Source: Octopus sinensis
Lineage: Eukaryota
Length of the DNA stretch: 64,000 nucleotides
Reading direction: 5' to 3'
Assembly: GCF_006345805.1 (NCBI RefSeq)
Contig: NC_043026.1
Span: 992,001-1,056,000, forward strand
Shown here: piece by piece, positions 38,910 through 52,753 of the stretch
How the letters are laid out: each line of letters opens with the position of its first letter
Numbering within the stretch: position 1 is the first letter of the stretch
Position numbers and translations under genes: made by a program
Notes under the pieces: model-generated
The model's database searches: none
What the model saw: only the letters and a program-made list of their open reading frames with translations
Told to the model about the DNA's origin: nothing

Positions 38910-38941
<32 letters not shown>

Positions 38942-38951
38942 TAATATATAT

Positions 38952-39000
<49 letters not shown>

Positions 39001-39036
39001 TATATATATATATTATATAATATATATATACACATA

Positions 39037-39071
<35 letters not shown>

Positions 39072-39333
39072 ACATATATATATATATGTATATATATATG
39101 TATATGTATGTATGATATAATCAAAAATATTCCAGTTGTGACCACCCTGCCTGTTCCCAGCTACATATTATAATATATAGATATATATATATATATGTAT
39201 CCGAAATTGCGAAGATGATCTGGTTCTTGACTGATGACTGAGAGTTCGAAAGTCCCGTCTGTGTTTTTTTGCCGTCTTCAAAATGTTTCACGTTGTTGTC
39301 CCAGTTTGTGTTTTTTTAACGTTTACCTATATA

Positions 39334-39373
<40 letters not shown>

Positions 39374-39464
39374 TTTTTTTCTCACACTAAATAATCTATG
39401 TCAACTGTAACCCTTATTCTTTCTACATCTCTCTATCTATCTATTTTCTTCCCCTATTCTTTCA

Positions 39465-39496
<32 letters not shown>

Positions 39497-39768
39497 AATA
39501 CATATATATATAATCTATCTGTATCAAATCTAACCACTGATTCGTTTTCCTATCTGTCTATCTCTTTCTCTCCACCTCTCTCTCTCTATCTATCTATCTA
39601 TCTATCTATCTCTGTAGTTCTCTGAACCCCTCTCTTTCTGTGCTCTGCGTTTCTTTATCTCTCCATCTCTCTCTCTCTCTATCTTTCTTTACCTCTTTTT
39701 CTCTCTCTCCTTCTGGTATTTCGACCCCCCCCCCCGCCACTCTCTCATAACCTCATGTTTATCCCTCT

Positions 39769-39977
39769 CGCACACTATTTGCGCGTGCTCACGCGTACGT
39801 ACGCACGCGTGCGTTCGCGTACGCGCACGGGCTCATGTGGCGCGTCTGTGCGCGTGCCTCTCATTTTATATGTGTGTGTGTGCGTGCGTGCGTGTGTGCG
39901 TGTATGTATTCGTGTGTGTACGCGCGCATGCGTATATATATACGAGAGCGCGTGCCTGCCTCTATATGCGCGCGCGG
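39769..39977. promoter_or_regulatory. CpG-dense alternating purine-pyrimidine patch
   Basis: About 35 CpG in ~210 bp by manual count; CGCGCATGCGTA at 39923-39934 resembles the NRF1 motif. Confidence 0.35.
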
Positions 39978-40359
39978 ATATATATATATACATATATATA
40001 TATTTGTCTGTGTATGTGTGATTTTTAATACAGCGACGAGAAGACCAGGTGGAGAATGGCAGTAATAATAATAATAATAATAATGATGATGATAATAGTT
40101 GTGTGTGTGTGAGGCAGGAGAAGCGAGTAGACATGATGTTATTGGCAGCTGATGTTGAAATTTTAGAGATGTGTGTTGTGTTATTTAGTGAATGGGGGAG
40201 ATATAAAATGAATTCGATAAATTAGAAGGCGAGGCAGGCAAGATAACGAAATGAGGATGGATGATGGGTGGATGATGGGTGGATGATGGGTGGATGGTGT
40301 GTTTAGACAACTGTAGCTTGATAACATGGAATAATAGAAAATATATAAGGAAATGCATT

Positions 40360-40403
40360 TGGAGAAGAGAGTAAGATAGATAGGTAGATGGATAGATAGA
40401 TAG

Positions 40404-40440
<37 letters not shown>

Positions 40441-40453
40441 TAGACAGATAGGG

Positions 40454-40486
<33 letters not shown>

Positions 40487-40523
40487 TATAGACAGATAGG
40501 GAGATAGATAGATAGATAGATAG

Positions 40524-40562
<39 letters not shown>

Positions 40563-40625
40563 CATTCAGACATATAGATAGATAAATAGAGAGAGAGAGA
40601 GAGAGAGAAACGGAGACAGACAGAC

Positions 40626-40663
<38 letters not shown>

Positions 40664-40684
40664 GGAGATAGAAGATAGGTGGAC

Positions 40685-40736
<52 letters not shown>

Positions 40737-40830
40737 GATAGATAGATAGACAGGTAGACAAATATAGGTACATAGAGACGGACATAGAGAGAACGACAGT
40801 TAGATAGACAGACAGATAGATGGATAGGGC
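40360..40830. repeat. (GATA)n/(GA)n microsatellite
   Basis: Direct reading of the sequence. Confidence 0.9.
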
Positions 40831-41254
40831 GGTGCTCCAGCATGGCCACAGTCAAACGACGGAAACAAGTAAAAGAATAAAAAAGAAAGATAGATATATA
40901 GATAGATAGGCAGAAAGAAACAAAGGAAGGAAGAGAGAGAGAGGTAGACAGGACGATAAGACAATTAGACTGCTAACAAGATAGATTGATAGATGAATAC
41001 AAACGTTAAAAGATATGTAGATAGAGAAATTAGTATAAAAGTGTGGGGGGGGGGACCTCTACATAGTTGCTTGATTTGCTAGAAATAGCAGCGAAATCTG
41101 GGGCAGCTAGTATATTAATAAACGTTGAGTCCAAATCACGTTCACAGTTCACACCACCATACTGTCTTAGAAAAGGAAGGACACGCTAAATAATTGTAGC
41201 TGGGAAATCAGGCAGGGTGGTCACAACTGGAATAATTTTTGATTATATACATAC

Positions 41255-41314
<60 letters not shown>

Positions 41315-41319
41315 CTTTT

Positions 41320-41617
41320 ACTGGATCAGGGGTTAACTTAAGGGTTAAATAATGATTACCACAACATACTATGTTACTGTATGCTGAGCCAATTCAAAAG
41401 CCTCATTTTTGGTCGCTCAGCTTGCTGGAAATAGCAGCCAAATCTTCCTCTAAACACCCCAGTCTTAAAATGAGAATGACGTATCAAATAGGGTAGTCCT
41501 AGATTCCTGTTATGAACGAGGTGTGGCCGTTTTTAAAATGCATTTTGATCATAAATCGATTTGTCAGGCCTGATTTTGGGGGCTTAAATAACGATTATAA
41601 TCCACACTTTAGAAGCC

Positions 41618-41660
<43 letters not shown>

Positions 41661-42300
41661 ATACAGCCCGTGTGTTGTAACTTGAAGCCAGAAATAGCAG
41701 CCAAATCTCACGCAAAACTCATATTATTGTCGTAAATAATGTAAGACACGTTGGAACAATGTGATATTTGACACACAGAAAATGGGACGATTTTCACTGG
41801 AATATCTCTGATTATCATATATCTTATTCTGCTGGATCAGGGATCAGGGATTACGTAACCATCAGTAGACCACACTCTGTTGCTGTACACAACTTGAGCC
41901 GATTAAATAGCCTCTACTCGGTCACTCAGAATGCTGGAAATAGCAGCCAAGTCTTCCTCAAATCGCATCCCAGTCTTAGTACGAGAATGACGTATTAGAA
42001 AGCGTAGCGTAGTCCTAGATTCTTTCAAATATGATGGTGTGGTTATTTTAAAAACAGCTTTTGATCATAAATCGATGTGATCGGAAATTGGGACTAAGCA
42101 ACGATGATAATCCATACGTCAATAGTCAAAGACAAAAAAAAAAAAAATTGAAAAAGACAGACTCAGTAGAGAGACTTAAGGCTAGAAATAGCAGCCACAT
42201 TTCTCACGAAGTACATAGCATCGTTTTATATAAAGGATGCATTAGATAACGTGGTGTTTCCCATAAAATAGGGGGAAAAAAAGGTGGGACGATGTCCATT
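41320..42300. repeat. Old tandem duplication (~510-bp unit) of a 'gctggaaatagcagccaa' repeat family
   Basis: Anchors ctggatcaggg (41321/41832), gctggaaatagcagcc (41424/41933) and ttttgatcataaatcgat (41543/42059). Confidence 0.7.
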
Positions 42301-43684
42301 TGAATTGCCCTTGTGCAAGGGTCTGTCCTCCTGACCTGGGGTTAAAATAACAAGAACAGCAGCAACGATATGCGAAAGGGGAAGATAAATGAAATGATGA
42401 AATAACCGATGGTAGCTATATTTAATGTAGGTGTGTGTGTGTGTATGTTTATGTGTGCAATTGTGTGTATGTGTATATATGTATGCGTGTCGTTTAGCCC
42501 AAGGTCAGCTGTGACTGAGTACACCTATGATATGATCTAAGGGGGCTAGCCCCGATCTAAGGCATCCCATTCTTTTTTTTTTTCCTACACATCCGGAACC
42601 CGGAAGTATGTTATGTTATGCAATGTATAGCTTTTTTTTTCTTTCTAAGACAGTAGAGTGTCTCATTTAAGGAAGATTTGGTTGTTTCCAAAAACGGTGA
42701 ACGATTTATGAAGTTACAAGTCTCTCGCTTTCATTGATTCCTATATGTTGATGGTGAGGGTTGAGGTGATGGGAACAGTGGCGAAGGGTTTAATAACGAT
42801 AGTTATATAGCGAAAGGAGAGAGAGAGAGAGAGGGGGGACAGTAAAAGAAGGAGGAAGCGAGAAAGAGAAAGTGAAAGTAGAAATGGCGGTAGAGGAAGT
42901 GCAAGGATACTTAAAGCGAGAAGAGCGTGGTAGCAGGATAAGGAGGAGTTGGAAGAAGTGGAGGAATGGTATAAAGATTAAAGAGGGGATAAGAGAGGTG
43001 GAGTGTGAGGAGTTTAAGGTAGCGAAAGAGAGAGAGGGGAAAACGGCTATGAATGATATATTATGAGAAAGGGAGATCGAATAAAGAGAGCGAAGATGGA
43101 GAAGAGAAGAGAAGAGAGGTGTAGAAATGGGTGGATGGGGGTTAGGTTTGTAGTAGTAGTAGTAGTAGTAGTAGTAGTTGTTGCTGTTGTTGTGGCAGTG
43201 GTGAAGGCGGTGGTGGTGATGGTAGAGAGTGAATGAAGAGAAACAATCTGAAAGGGAAAGAAAAGGAAGAAAAAGGGAGAAAAACGAACGAGAGGGAAGC
43301 TTAGCAATTGGGGGGGGTGAGGTAGTAGTAAGAGGAGGTGGTGGGACAACGTTTGAAAGGTGCAAAGCAAATATTGATGATGGAAGTGGTGGTGGTGGTG
43401 GTGGTGGTGGTAATAGAGAAAGGAAGGAGGTAGGGGGGGAGAAAAACAGGAGAGAGAGGGGAAGGAGTGTGAATAAATAACTGAACTTACATCACATGTA
43501 TCCCAGTCTGGTTGCACTAAACGTGTGTAATGTGTGTGTGTGTGTGTGTGTGTATGAGAGAGCAAGTGTGTGTGTGTGTATGAATGCATGTATTAGTGTG
43601 TGTTTGTTTGTGCGTGTAGCTTTTTTTCAAAAGTGCCAATACACGAAACTCTCGGCCCTCGAGTCACTCTGTAACTTCTGGCGA

Positions 43685-43969
43685 TTAATAACAATAATAA
43701 TAACAACTAATAATAATAATGATGATTAATAATAATAATAATAATAATAATAATGATAATAATAATAATAATGATAATAATAATAATAATAAAATATAAT
43801 AAAATATAATGATGATAATAATAATAATAATAATAATAATAATGTAATAATAATAATAATGATAATAATAATGATAATAATAATAATGATCATAATAATA
43901 ATAATATAATATGATAATAATATAATGATATATAATAATGATAATGATAATAATATATAATAATGAATG

Positions 43970-44000
<31 letters not shown>

Positions 44001-44224
44001 TTAATAATAATAATGATAATAATAATAATAATGATAATAATAATAATGATAATAATAATAATAATAAATAATAATAATGATGATAATAATAATAATAATG
44101 ATAATAATAATAATAATGATAATAATAAATATAATAATAATAATTATAGGATAATATAATAATAATAATAATATAATAATGATAATAATAATAATAATGA
44201 TAATTAATAATAATAATGATAATA

Positions 44225-44255
<31 letters not shown>

Positions 44256-44407
44256 TGATAATAATAATAATGATAATGATAATAATATAATAATAATTAA
44301 TAATGATAATAATAATAATAATAATGATAAGAATAATAATGATATAATTAATAATAATAATAAAATAATGAATAATAATAATAATGATAATAATAATAAT
44401 GATAATA

Positions 44408-44438
<31 letters not shown>

Positions 44439-44448
44439 TGATAAAATA

Positions 44449-44479
<31 letters not shown>

Positions 44480-44578
44480 TAATAATGATAATAATAATAA
44501 TAATAATGATAATAATAATAATGATAATAATAATAATAATAATAATAATGATAATAATAATAATGATAATAAGAATAA
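43685..44578. repeat. (AAT)n/(GAT)n array
   Basis: Direct reading of the sequence. Confidence 0.95.
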
Positions 44579-44760
44579 CACTCACACGCACACACATACA
44601 TACATACACACTGTATATATATATATATATAGAGTGTATGTATATATATATTATATATATATAGTGTGTGTGTATATATATATATATATCGATGGATAGA
44701 TAGATAGATATGACTATATATATATATAAATATATTAATATATATTATATATATATACAC

Positions 44761-44800
<40 letters not shown>

Positions 44801-45214
44801 ATATATATACTTATTTTATAGTCTATATTCAGTCATTTAACTACAGCCATGCTGGAGCACTGCCATAGTATATACACAAATACACACACACACACACACA
44901 TGATTTTGATTTTTCCAGTTTCAGCTCATGAGCTGTGGCCATGCTGGGGCACCGCCATATATATATATATGAATATATGAAGACAGAGACACTTGTAGAG
45001 GTACCAAAAGAGCAATGTGGTGAACCAAACCAAGCAAACTCCCCCACCAAAACAAAAAAAAACCATCAACAACAACAACAAGATGGAAGATATATATCGT
45101 CGTCATCATCATCATCATCGTCGTCGTTGTTGTTGTTGTTGTCATAATTTCCAATAACAAGGTCAAATGTTTTTTGTTAAAAACAAGAGCAGCAATTAAT
45201 GGAGGGTGACATTG

Positions 45215-45588
45215 TCACCATCACCACTATCATCATCATCGTCATCATCATCACCACCATCATCACCATCATCACCATCATCATCATCATCATAATCATC
45301 ATCACTATCATCATCATCATCATCACCACCATCATCATCATCATCACCACCATCACCATCACTATCATCATCGTCATCATCATAATCACAACCATCATCA
45401 TCATCATCATCATCACAACCATCACCATCACCATCATCATCATCATCACCATCATCATCATCACCACCATCATCATCATCATCACTAATCATCATCACCA
45501 CCATCCATCATCATCATCATCACCATCACCACCATCATCATCATCATCATCATTACCGTCATCAAACATCATTATCAAAACTAGCATC

Positions 45589-45641
<53 letters not shown>

Positions 45642-45786
45642 TCATCATCATCCCATCACCACCATCATCTCATCATCATCATCACCACCGTCATCAAACA
45701 TCATTATCAAACAGCATCATCATCATCATCATCATCATCATCATATCATCACCGTCATCATCATCACCATCACCACAATCATCATC

Positions 45787-45817
<31 letters not shown>

Positions 45818-45846
45818 CCGTCATCAAACATCATTATCAAAACTAG

Positions 45847-45890
<44 letters not shown>

Positions 45891-45919
45891 CCATCACCAT
45901 CACCATCATCATCATCATC

Positions 45920-45983
<64 letters not shown>

Positions 45984-45995
45984 GTGTCATCATCA
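45215..45995. repeat. (CAT)n/(CAC)n array
   Basis: Direct reading; an internal block 'ccgtcatcaaacatcattatcaaa' occurs three times. Confidence 0.95.
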
Positions 45996-46849
45996 TTGAA
46001 ACAGAAAAACAAGACAGCTAGCTCCCAACATGAACCACCTCAAACAATTTTTGACGCTGATTCCCTTAGCTGGCTAGAAATAGCAGCTAAGTTTCCCCCC
46101 CACCCCAATTACACACCTTCACTATTATATTACCAAAACATAAATAAATAAATAAATAAATTGATTAATTAGTTTAATACAACGAAATGAAGGAAATAGG
46201 GGGCATTTTTAAAATTAACGTAATCCTATTTACGCTATATCTGATGGTGGGGAGGCTGCGGCGGTGGTTTTGGTGGTGGTGGTTGTGGTGGTGGTGGTGG
46301 TGGTGGTGGTGGTGGTAGTGATGGTAGTGGTGGTGGTGTCGGTGGTGGTGGTGATAGTGGTGGTTGTGGTGGTGGTGATAGTGGTGATGGTGGTTGTGGT
46401 GGTGGTGGTTGTGCTGGTGGTGGTGGTGGTGGTGGTGGTGGTGGTGGTGATGGTGGTAGGGGATTTTGAGGGTGGAGGAAAAAAACCGAGGTGGTCGTGG
46501 ATGGAACGTCTTCGATCAATCAACGGGGGGGCGCCCCCCCCACCCCCCACCCACCCCCACCATCATTCCTGCTCTGCTCGGTCGGAAACTGACCTGGTGC
46601 AGCTGAACAACAACACCACCACCACCAACAACAACAACACCAACACCAACACCAACATTAGCAGCGCTAACTAACAGGTGAAAAACAAAGACAAGACCAG
46701 CGGCAGCAACGGTAAACAATAACAGTAACAGCAGCAGCTGTAACAGACACAACAGCAACAACAACAAAGGCTTTAATCAGAATGACCTATTATTCCAAAT
46801 TGATTAATTGATTGCTTTTTCTAGTTAGCTTTGTTATATAACGATCAGT

Positions 46850-47390
46850 TTGTAGTAGTGGTAGTAGTAGTAGTAGTAGTAGGTATTGTAGTAGAGGTGG
46901 TTGTAATAGTAGTAGGTATTGTAGTAGAGGTTGTAGTAGTAGTAGTAGGTATTGTAGTAGAGGTGGTTGTAGTAGTAGTAGTAGTAGAGGTGGTTGTTGT
47001 AGTAGTAGTAGTAGTAGGTATTGTAGTACAGGTGGTTGTAGTAGTAGTAGTAGTAGTAGGTATTGTAGTAGAGGTGGTTGTAGTAGTAGGTATTGTAGTA
47101 GAGGTGGTAGTAGTAGTAGTAGGTATTGTAGTAGAGGTGGTTGTAGTAGTAGTAGTAGTAGTAGGTATTGTAGTAGAGGTAGTAGTAGTAGTAGTGGTGG
47201 TGTTGGTGGTCATAGTAGTAGTAGCAATAGGTATTGTAGTACAGGCGGTTATAGTAGTAGTAGTAGTAGTAGTAGTAGTATTGGTGGTGGTGGTGGTGGT
47301 GGTGGTAGTGGTTATAGTAGTAATAGCAGTAGGTATCGTGGTACAAGTGTCTGTTGTCGTAGTAGTAGTAGTAGTAGTAGTAGTCATTCT
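46850..47390. repeat. (GTA)n array with a recurring 'ggtattgtagtagaggtggttgta' unit
   Basis: Direct reading of the sequence. Confidence 0.9.
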
Positions 47391-47643
47391 TTGAAGTCAA
47401 TAGTGCATTTGAAGGGGCAGATGGCATGTGGGGAGGCGGACGGTGTTAGAGATGCATGTTGGTGTTAGAGTTACTTACAGGCTGAAAACATATTGCTGTG
47501 TGTGTGTGTCTATGTGTGTGTGTGTTTAAAAACTAGTTTCTTCTCCAAAGATAGACCTGTTGTCAACCATTGGGCTATTTAAGAGCAACGACGCTAAATG
47601 CACATTTATTACACATATACACACCATTCATATATATATATAC

Positions 47644-47679
<36 letters not shown>

Positions 47680-47751
47680 CATATATTATATATATCATAT
47701 ACATATACATATATATATACATATACATATACATATATAATACATATATAT

Positions 47752-47783
<32 letters not shown>

Positions 47784-47868
47784 CATATAACCCATATATA
47801 TAAACATATATATATAGATATATACATATATATATATATATATAATATACATATATATATATAATATT

Positions 47869-47910
<42 letters not shown>

Positions 47911-47947
47911 TATATTATATTATATATATACATAATAATATATATTA

Positions 47948-47979
<32 letters not shown>

Positions 47980-48076
47980 ATATTACATATATATATATAA
48001 ATACATATATATATATAAATACATATATATAATATATGTATATTATATATATATATACATATATTTGTAATATACT

Positions 48077-48119
<43 letters not shown>

Positions 48120-48634
48120 ATATAGTATATATATGTATATATATGTATATATTTACACATATATGTATACACACGCAAACATACACACACACATCCTAAC
48201 ACACAGACATATACATACACGCACACACGCACACACACATACACACATATATATGAAAAACCATAAAATCTGGAGGTATGAGAGGTGAATAACCGTGTGA
48301 CTTCTGTAAGATTACAAATGTTTTGTGAACTGATAGCCAAGTCTGTAAGAGGAGCATTTTGTGATAGCTGCACGATTCTCTGAAACCGCATTTTATACAA
48401 CACATTTATATATTTATACTTATATAGATATTTATACACCCTCCCAAACCCCCCCACCACCACCACCATTTTTTCTGCAGGCTTTTACGCCTGTTCTTTT
48501 CCTGTCCTTGCAACCTCATTAGTGTTGGTGCCATGTAAAAAATCACCATAAAATATTTGACCCTGCAGCTCAGCTGATCACTTCAAACCATCCAAACCAT
48601 CCCATGTTTATATATGTATGTATGTATGTATGTA

Positions 48635-48797
48635 GGCACAGGAGTGGCTGTGTGGTAAGTGGCTTGCTAACCAACCACATGGTTCCGGTTTCAGTCCCAC
48701 TGTGTGGCATCTTGGGCAAGTGTCTTCTGCTATAGCCTCGGGCCGACCAAAGCCTTGTGAGTGGATTTGGTAGACGGAAACTGAAAAGAAGCCTGTC

Positions 48798-48836
<39 letters not shown>

Positions 48837-49074
48837 GTATGTGTGGGTGTTATGTTTGTGTGTGTCTGTGTTTGTCCCTATAGCATTGCTTGACAACTGA
48901 TGCTGGTGTGTTTAGTTCCCCGTCACTTAGCAGTTCGGCAAAAGAGACCAATAGAATAAGTACTAGGCTTACAAAGAATAAGTCCCGGGGTCGATTTGCT
49001 TGACTAAATGCGGTGCTCCAGCATAGCCGCAGTCAAATGACTGAAACAAGTAAAAGAGCAAAAGAGTAAAGAGT
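48635..49074 (+). mobile_element. Full-length SINE family A
   Basis: Head, internal TA tract and tail all present. Confidence 0.88.
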
Positions 49075-49468
49075 AATGTATGTGTGTGTATATGTGTATG
49101 AATGAATATGTGTCCCCCACAACCACGTGACAACCAATGTTGTGTAGCCGTGTGCTAATTTATTTTGTAGTTCATTATTGTTAGTATTTTTAATTACATT
49201 TATAAAGAGGTACGAAAATCTTTTAAGTTCTCTAAGGGTCTCGATATGGCCCTGTTGTTAAGAAAGCATTTGAATGTTTCTGGCTGAAAGCAAATATTTG
49301 GTGGAAGCAGGCCTCGGCTTGAACAACTTAAGATGGGTTGCCTGGTTGAGAGCTTATGGTGTAAGAGCCAAAACAGCCAAAGATCCCGGCATACAACACT
49401 GATGATGAGTCCAAGTACTGATTCTGTACATGTGTCTAAAATGATGTGTGTATGTGAGTGCATGCATG

Positions 49469-49510
<42 letters not shown>

Positions 49511-49629
49511 TGTGTGTGCGTGCATGTGTTTTCTCTTTCTGTTTTTAATCTAGAGTATATTTTGACGGGCCACCAACTTGGTAGCAAGGTTGTGAAGGAA
49601 AGTATCTTGAATTAACCGTCATCCTTTAA

Positions 49630-49750
49630 ATCTTTAAAAAGTCTTGCAGATCTTGATAGTTCCAAACATTATGATCATTTGTAGCTCATGCATTAAGGAT
49701 TTGCATTCTCTCCCCAAGATTCCAAGTTCAGCCACTATTTGCTCCAGACG
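49630..49750 (-). pseudogene. Extreme C-terminus of an R4/Dong-like RLE LINE
   Basis: LEQIVAELGILGRECKSLMHELQMIIMFGTIKICKTF* resembles the RLE terminal 'LQ...GT.KI.K.F' motif. Confidence 0.5.
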
Positions 49751-49789
49751 GATTATGTCTGTCTGTCTGTATGTGTGTGTGAATGTATG

Positions 49790-49790
49790 C

Positions 49791-49823
<33 letters not shown>

Positions 49824-50050
49824 TGTGTGTGTGTGCATGTTTGTGTCTGTGTTTGTTCCCCCCAACATCGCTTGACAACTGATGGTGGTGTGTTTGCGTA
49901 CCCGTAACTTAGCAGTTCGGCAAAAGAGTCTGATAGAATAAGCACTAGGCTTCCAAAGAATAACTCCTGTGGTCGATATGCTCGACCAAAGGCAGTGCTC
50001 CAGCATGGCCACAGTCAAATGACTGAAACAAGTAAAAGAGTAAAAGAGAG
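49790..50050 (+). mobile_element. SINE family A 3' half
   Basis: Homology to 48860-49074. Confidence 0.8.
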
Positions 50051-50454
50051 TGAGTTTCATCATCAACATGTGAAACTACATTGGAACCCTGTCCATTATT
50101 TTTTTGAAAAATACAGGAAAAATTTGAACAACTTGAAGTGGTTGAAAGAAATTTAACAAAATCTGAGAAATCAAAGAAGGAAAATGTTTAATATATGAGT
50201 ACCAGAAACTTCCAGGTGAAATAATATTAGGGGAGGACAAAAGGAAAGCTAAAGTTAATAGAAATGAACTTGGAGGTCGGGGATAAGAAATATGCAGGTA
50301 AGAAATCAAAGATGATATGCTAACGCAAGAATACTGCAACCAAAATAAAGATTCACTAATGAAGAAATGGCTGAAAAAGCTAGTGTCTGAAACTGTCTCT
50401 GGATCTATAATGCCATTCCCCTGTTTTAAAGTGTTCTAAATTCTTTTTTTTTTT

Positions 50455-50955
50455 ATTTTCTACTCTAGGTACAAGACCTGAATTTTTGTTTTGTTGGGAG
50501 GGGGCCAGTTGATAAGACTGGCTCCAGTATGCAACTGGTACTTAATTTATCGACTCTGAGATGATGAAAGGCAAAGTCAACCTCGATAGAATTTGAACTC
50601 TGAACACAAAGACAGACGAAATACCGCTAAGCATTTCGCCCGGCGTGCTAACATTTATTATTTCTTTATTGCCCACAAGGGGCTAAACATAGAAGGGACA
50701 AACAAGGACAGGCAAAGGGATTAAGTCAATTACATTGACTCCAGTGCATAACTGGTACTTAATTTATCGACCCCGAAAGGATGAAAGGCAAAGTCAGGCC
50801 TTCTTTCAGTTTCCGTCTACCAAATCCACTCACAAGGTTTTGGTCAGCCTGAGGCTATAGTAAAAGACACTTGCTCAAGGTGCCACACACTGGAACTGAA
50901 CCCAGAACCTTGTAGTTAGGAAGCAACCTTCTTACCACACAACCGCTCCTCCACC
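50455..50955 (-). mobile_element. SINE family B pieces joined to a family A head half (50798-50955)
   Basis: aactggtacttaatttatcgac...gatgaaaggcaaagtc occurs twice, followed by ggccttctttcagtttccgtctacc... Confidence 0.75.
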
Positions 50956-50994
50956 TATATATGAATATGAATATATATACATATATATATACAT

Positions 50995-51039
<45 letters not shown>

Positions 51040-51469
51040 CATATACACATACATATATATATATATGATGGACTCTCCCTTTAAAGACGATGTATAAGTG
51101 CTGAACTTCTGCCAAACAACCTGCACAGATGATTTGTTTATAGTGATCAAATGTTCATGCTGCACATTACCTCATTCCCTCCATCAAATCAATGCTGTCT
51201 GAGCAGGTGTGCAGTATAACCACACATCAGGTGTCGAAGTAACCGCAGAGCAGCATGAGGCGAAGTGCTTTGCTCAAGAACACGGATCAAGCACACACAC
51301 AGAAAAGAAAAGTGTCACAGAAAAGGTCACATACATGTGATGAAAGGTTTCTGATCAATGGACTTGAGTCAAAATAATAATGTAAGAACAGTAATAAACG
51401 AGAGATGAAAAAAAATATAGCACATGTGTTTATTTGGCACACAAAAAATGACCATCCCAAAATACAACA

Positions 51470-51502
<33 letters not shown>

Positions 51503-51550
51503 ATATATATCATCATCATCATCATCATCATCGTTTAGCGTCCGTTTTCC

Positions 51551-51602
<52 letters not shown>

Positions 51603-51695
51603 GCATCTGTGTGTGTATGTGTGTTATACATCTATAAATATATTGTGCCAGTGGCACGTAAAAAGCACCATCCGTATATATATATATATATATAT

Positions 51696-51993
51696 GGAGG
51701 CACAATGGCCCAGTCGTTAGGGCACCGGACTCGCGGTTGGAGGATCGCGGTTTCGATTCCCAGACCGGGCGTTGTGTGTGTTTATTGAGCGAAAACACCC
51801 AAAGCTCCACGAGGCTCCGGCAAGGGGTGGCGATCCCTGCAGTACTCTTTCGCCACAACTTTCTCTCACTCTTTCTTCTGTTGAACTGCTCGCTTAGCCA
51901 GCGGGGTGGCGTCATTTGAAGGCTAAAACAATGCGAAGCACATTGTGACCAGCGATATGTAGCAACATCTGATAGCCTGGTTGGTCGCGGTGA
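51696..51993 (+). mobile_element. Full-length tRNA-derived SINE family C
   Basis: Head tggcccagtcgttagg / ggtttcgattccc; a second copy on the minus strand at 60743-61025 and a tail at 27380-27495. Confidence 0.85.
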
Positions 51994-52021
51994 TATATAT
52001 ATATATATGTATTTATATATG

Positions 52022-52100
<79 letters not shown>

Positions 52101-52423
52101 ATATATTGTTGTATTTCAGGATGGTCATATATATATATATATATATATACATGCACACACACACACACACACACATGCATTTAGGTTGAAGTTTTAACAT
52201 CTCCTTTTGTTTGTATACTTTCAGAAACGTGTGTCTACTGAGATGCATATGTATGTGCATGTGTACAGAGCAATCAAGGTTTTTTTTACATAAACGGGTT
52301 GAGAGCCCTCATGCAACCCAGCTGAATATATATCAGTGTTTGTTTCTATGTTCTGTTACATTAAAAACGATTTTACGTTAATCTGATGGCCTACTCAATA
52401 CTTTTGTCTAGTACAAATTTATC

Positions 52424-52571
52424 ATTGCAGCGTAGAAGGTGTTTGTAAGCCATTTAAGAAACACACAAAAGCCGTTCGATTCACTTCAACATTTAAGTTT
52501 AATTTGTTAAGTGAATCGAACGGCTTTTGTGTGTTTCTTAAATGGCTTACAAACACCTTCCACACTGCAAT
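52424..52571. repeat. Inverted repeat with 52-bp perfect arms and a 22-bp spacer
   Basis: 52435-52486 is the exact reverse complement of 52509-52560; extends outward to 52424/52571 with 2 mismatches. Confidence 0.95.
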
Positions 52572-52753
52572 TGTTTTCGTTTCAGCACACGATCTCAGAT
52601 CAAACCACTTGCTATGCAAGTACATCTCCGAAATTTATCATTCTTAAACAAGAATCTTGTTGACAGTGACTTCAAAGGTTTGGCTGGCTGAGCCATCATT
52701 AGACTGCTGATGATAGCTTAGCTGGCTGAAACTCCGAAGTTACTGTCAAAAAA

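Noticed and set aside
42593-42607. Tandem ETS-like sites CCGGAA/CCGGAAGT as a promoter
   Set aside because: A short motif pair with no other support for a transcription start.
50053-50430. Purine-rich, coding-looking segment (EYQKLPGEIILGRTKGKLKLIEMNLEVGDKK)
   Set aside because: All frames are interrupted and no family is recognised.
51696-51770. tRNA genes (also the heads at 18602, 48635, 53131 and 57109)
   Set aside because: They have A/B boxes but no complete cloverleaf, and each continues into a multi-copy SINE body.
52707-52732. CTGATGA...GAAAC hammerhead-like match
   Set aside because: Stem II is only 3 bp, there is no GUH triplet or stem I pairing, and it lies beside a CR1 relic; likely chance.
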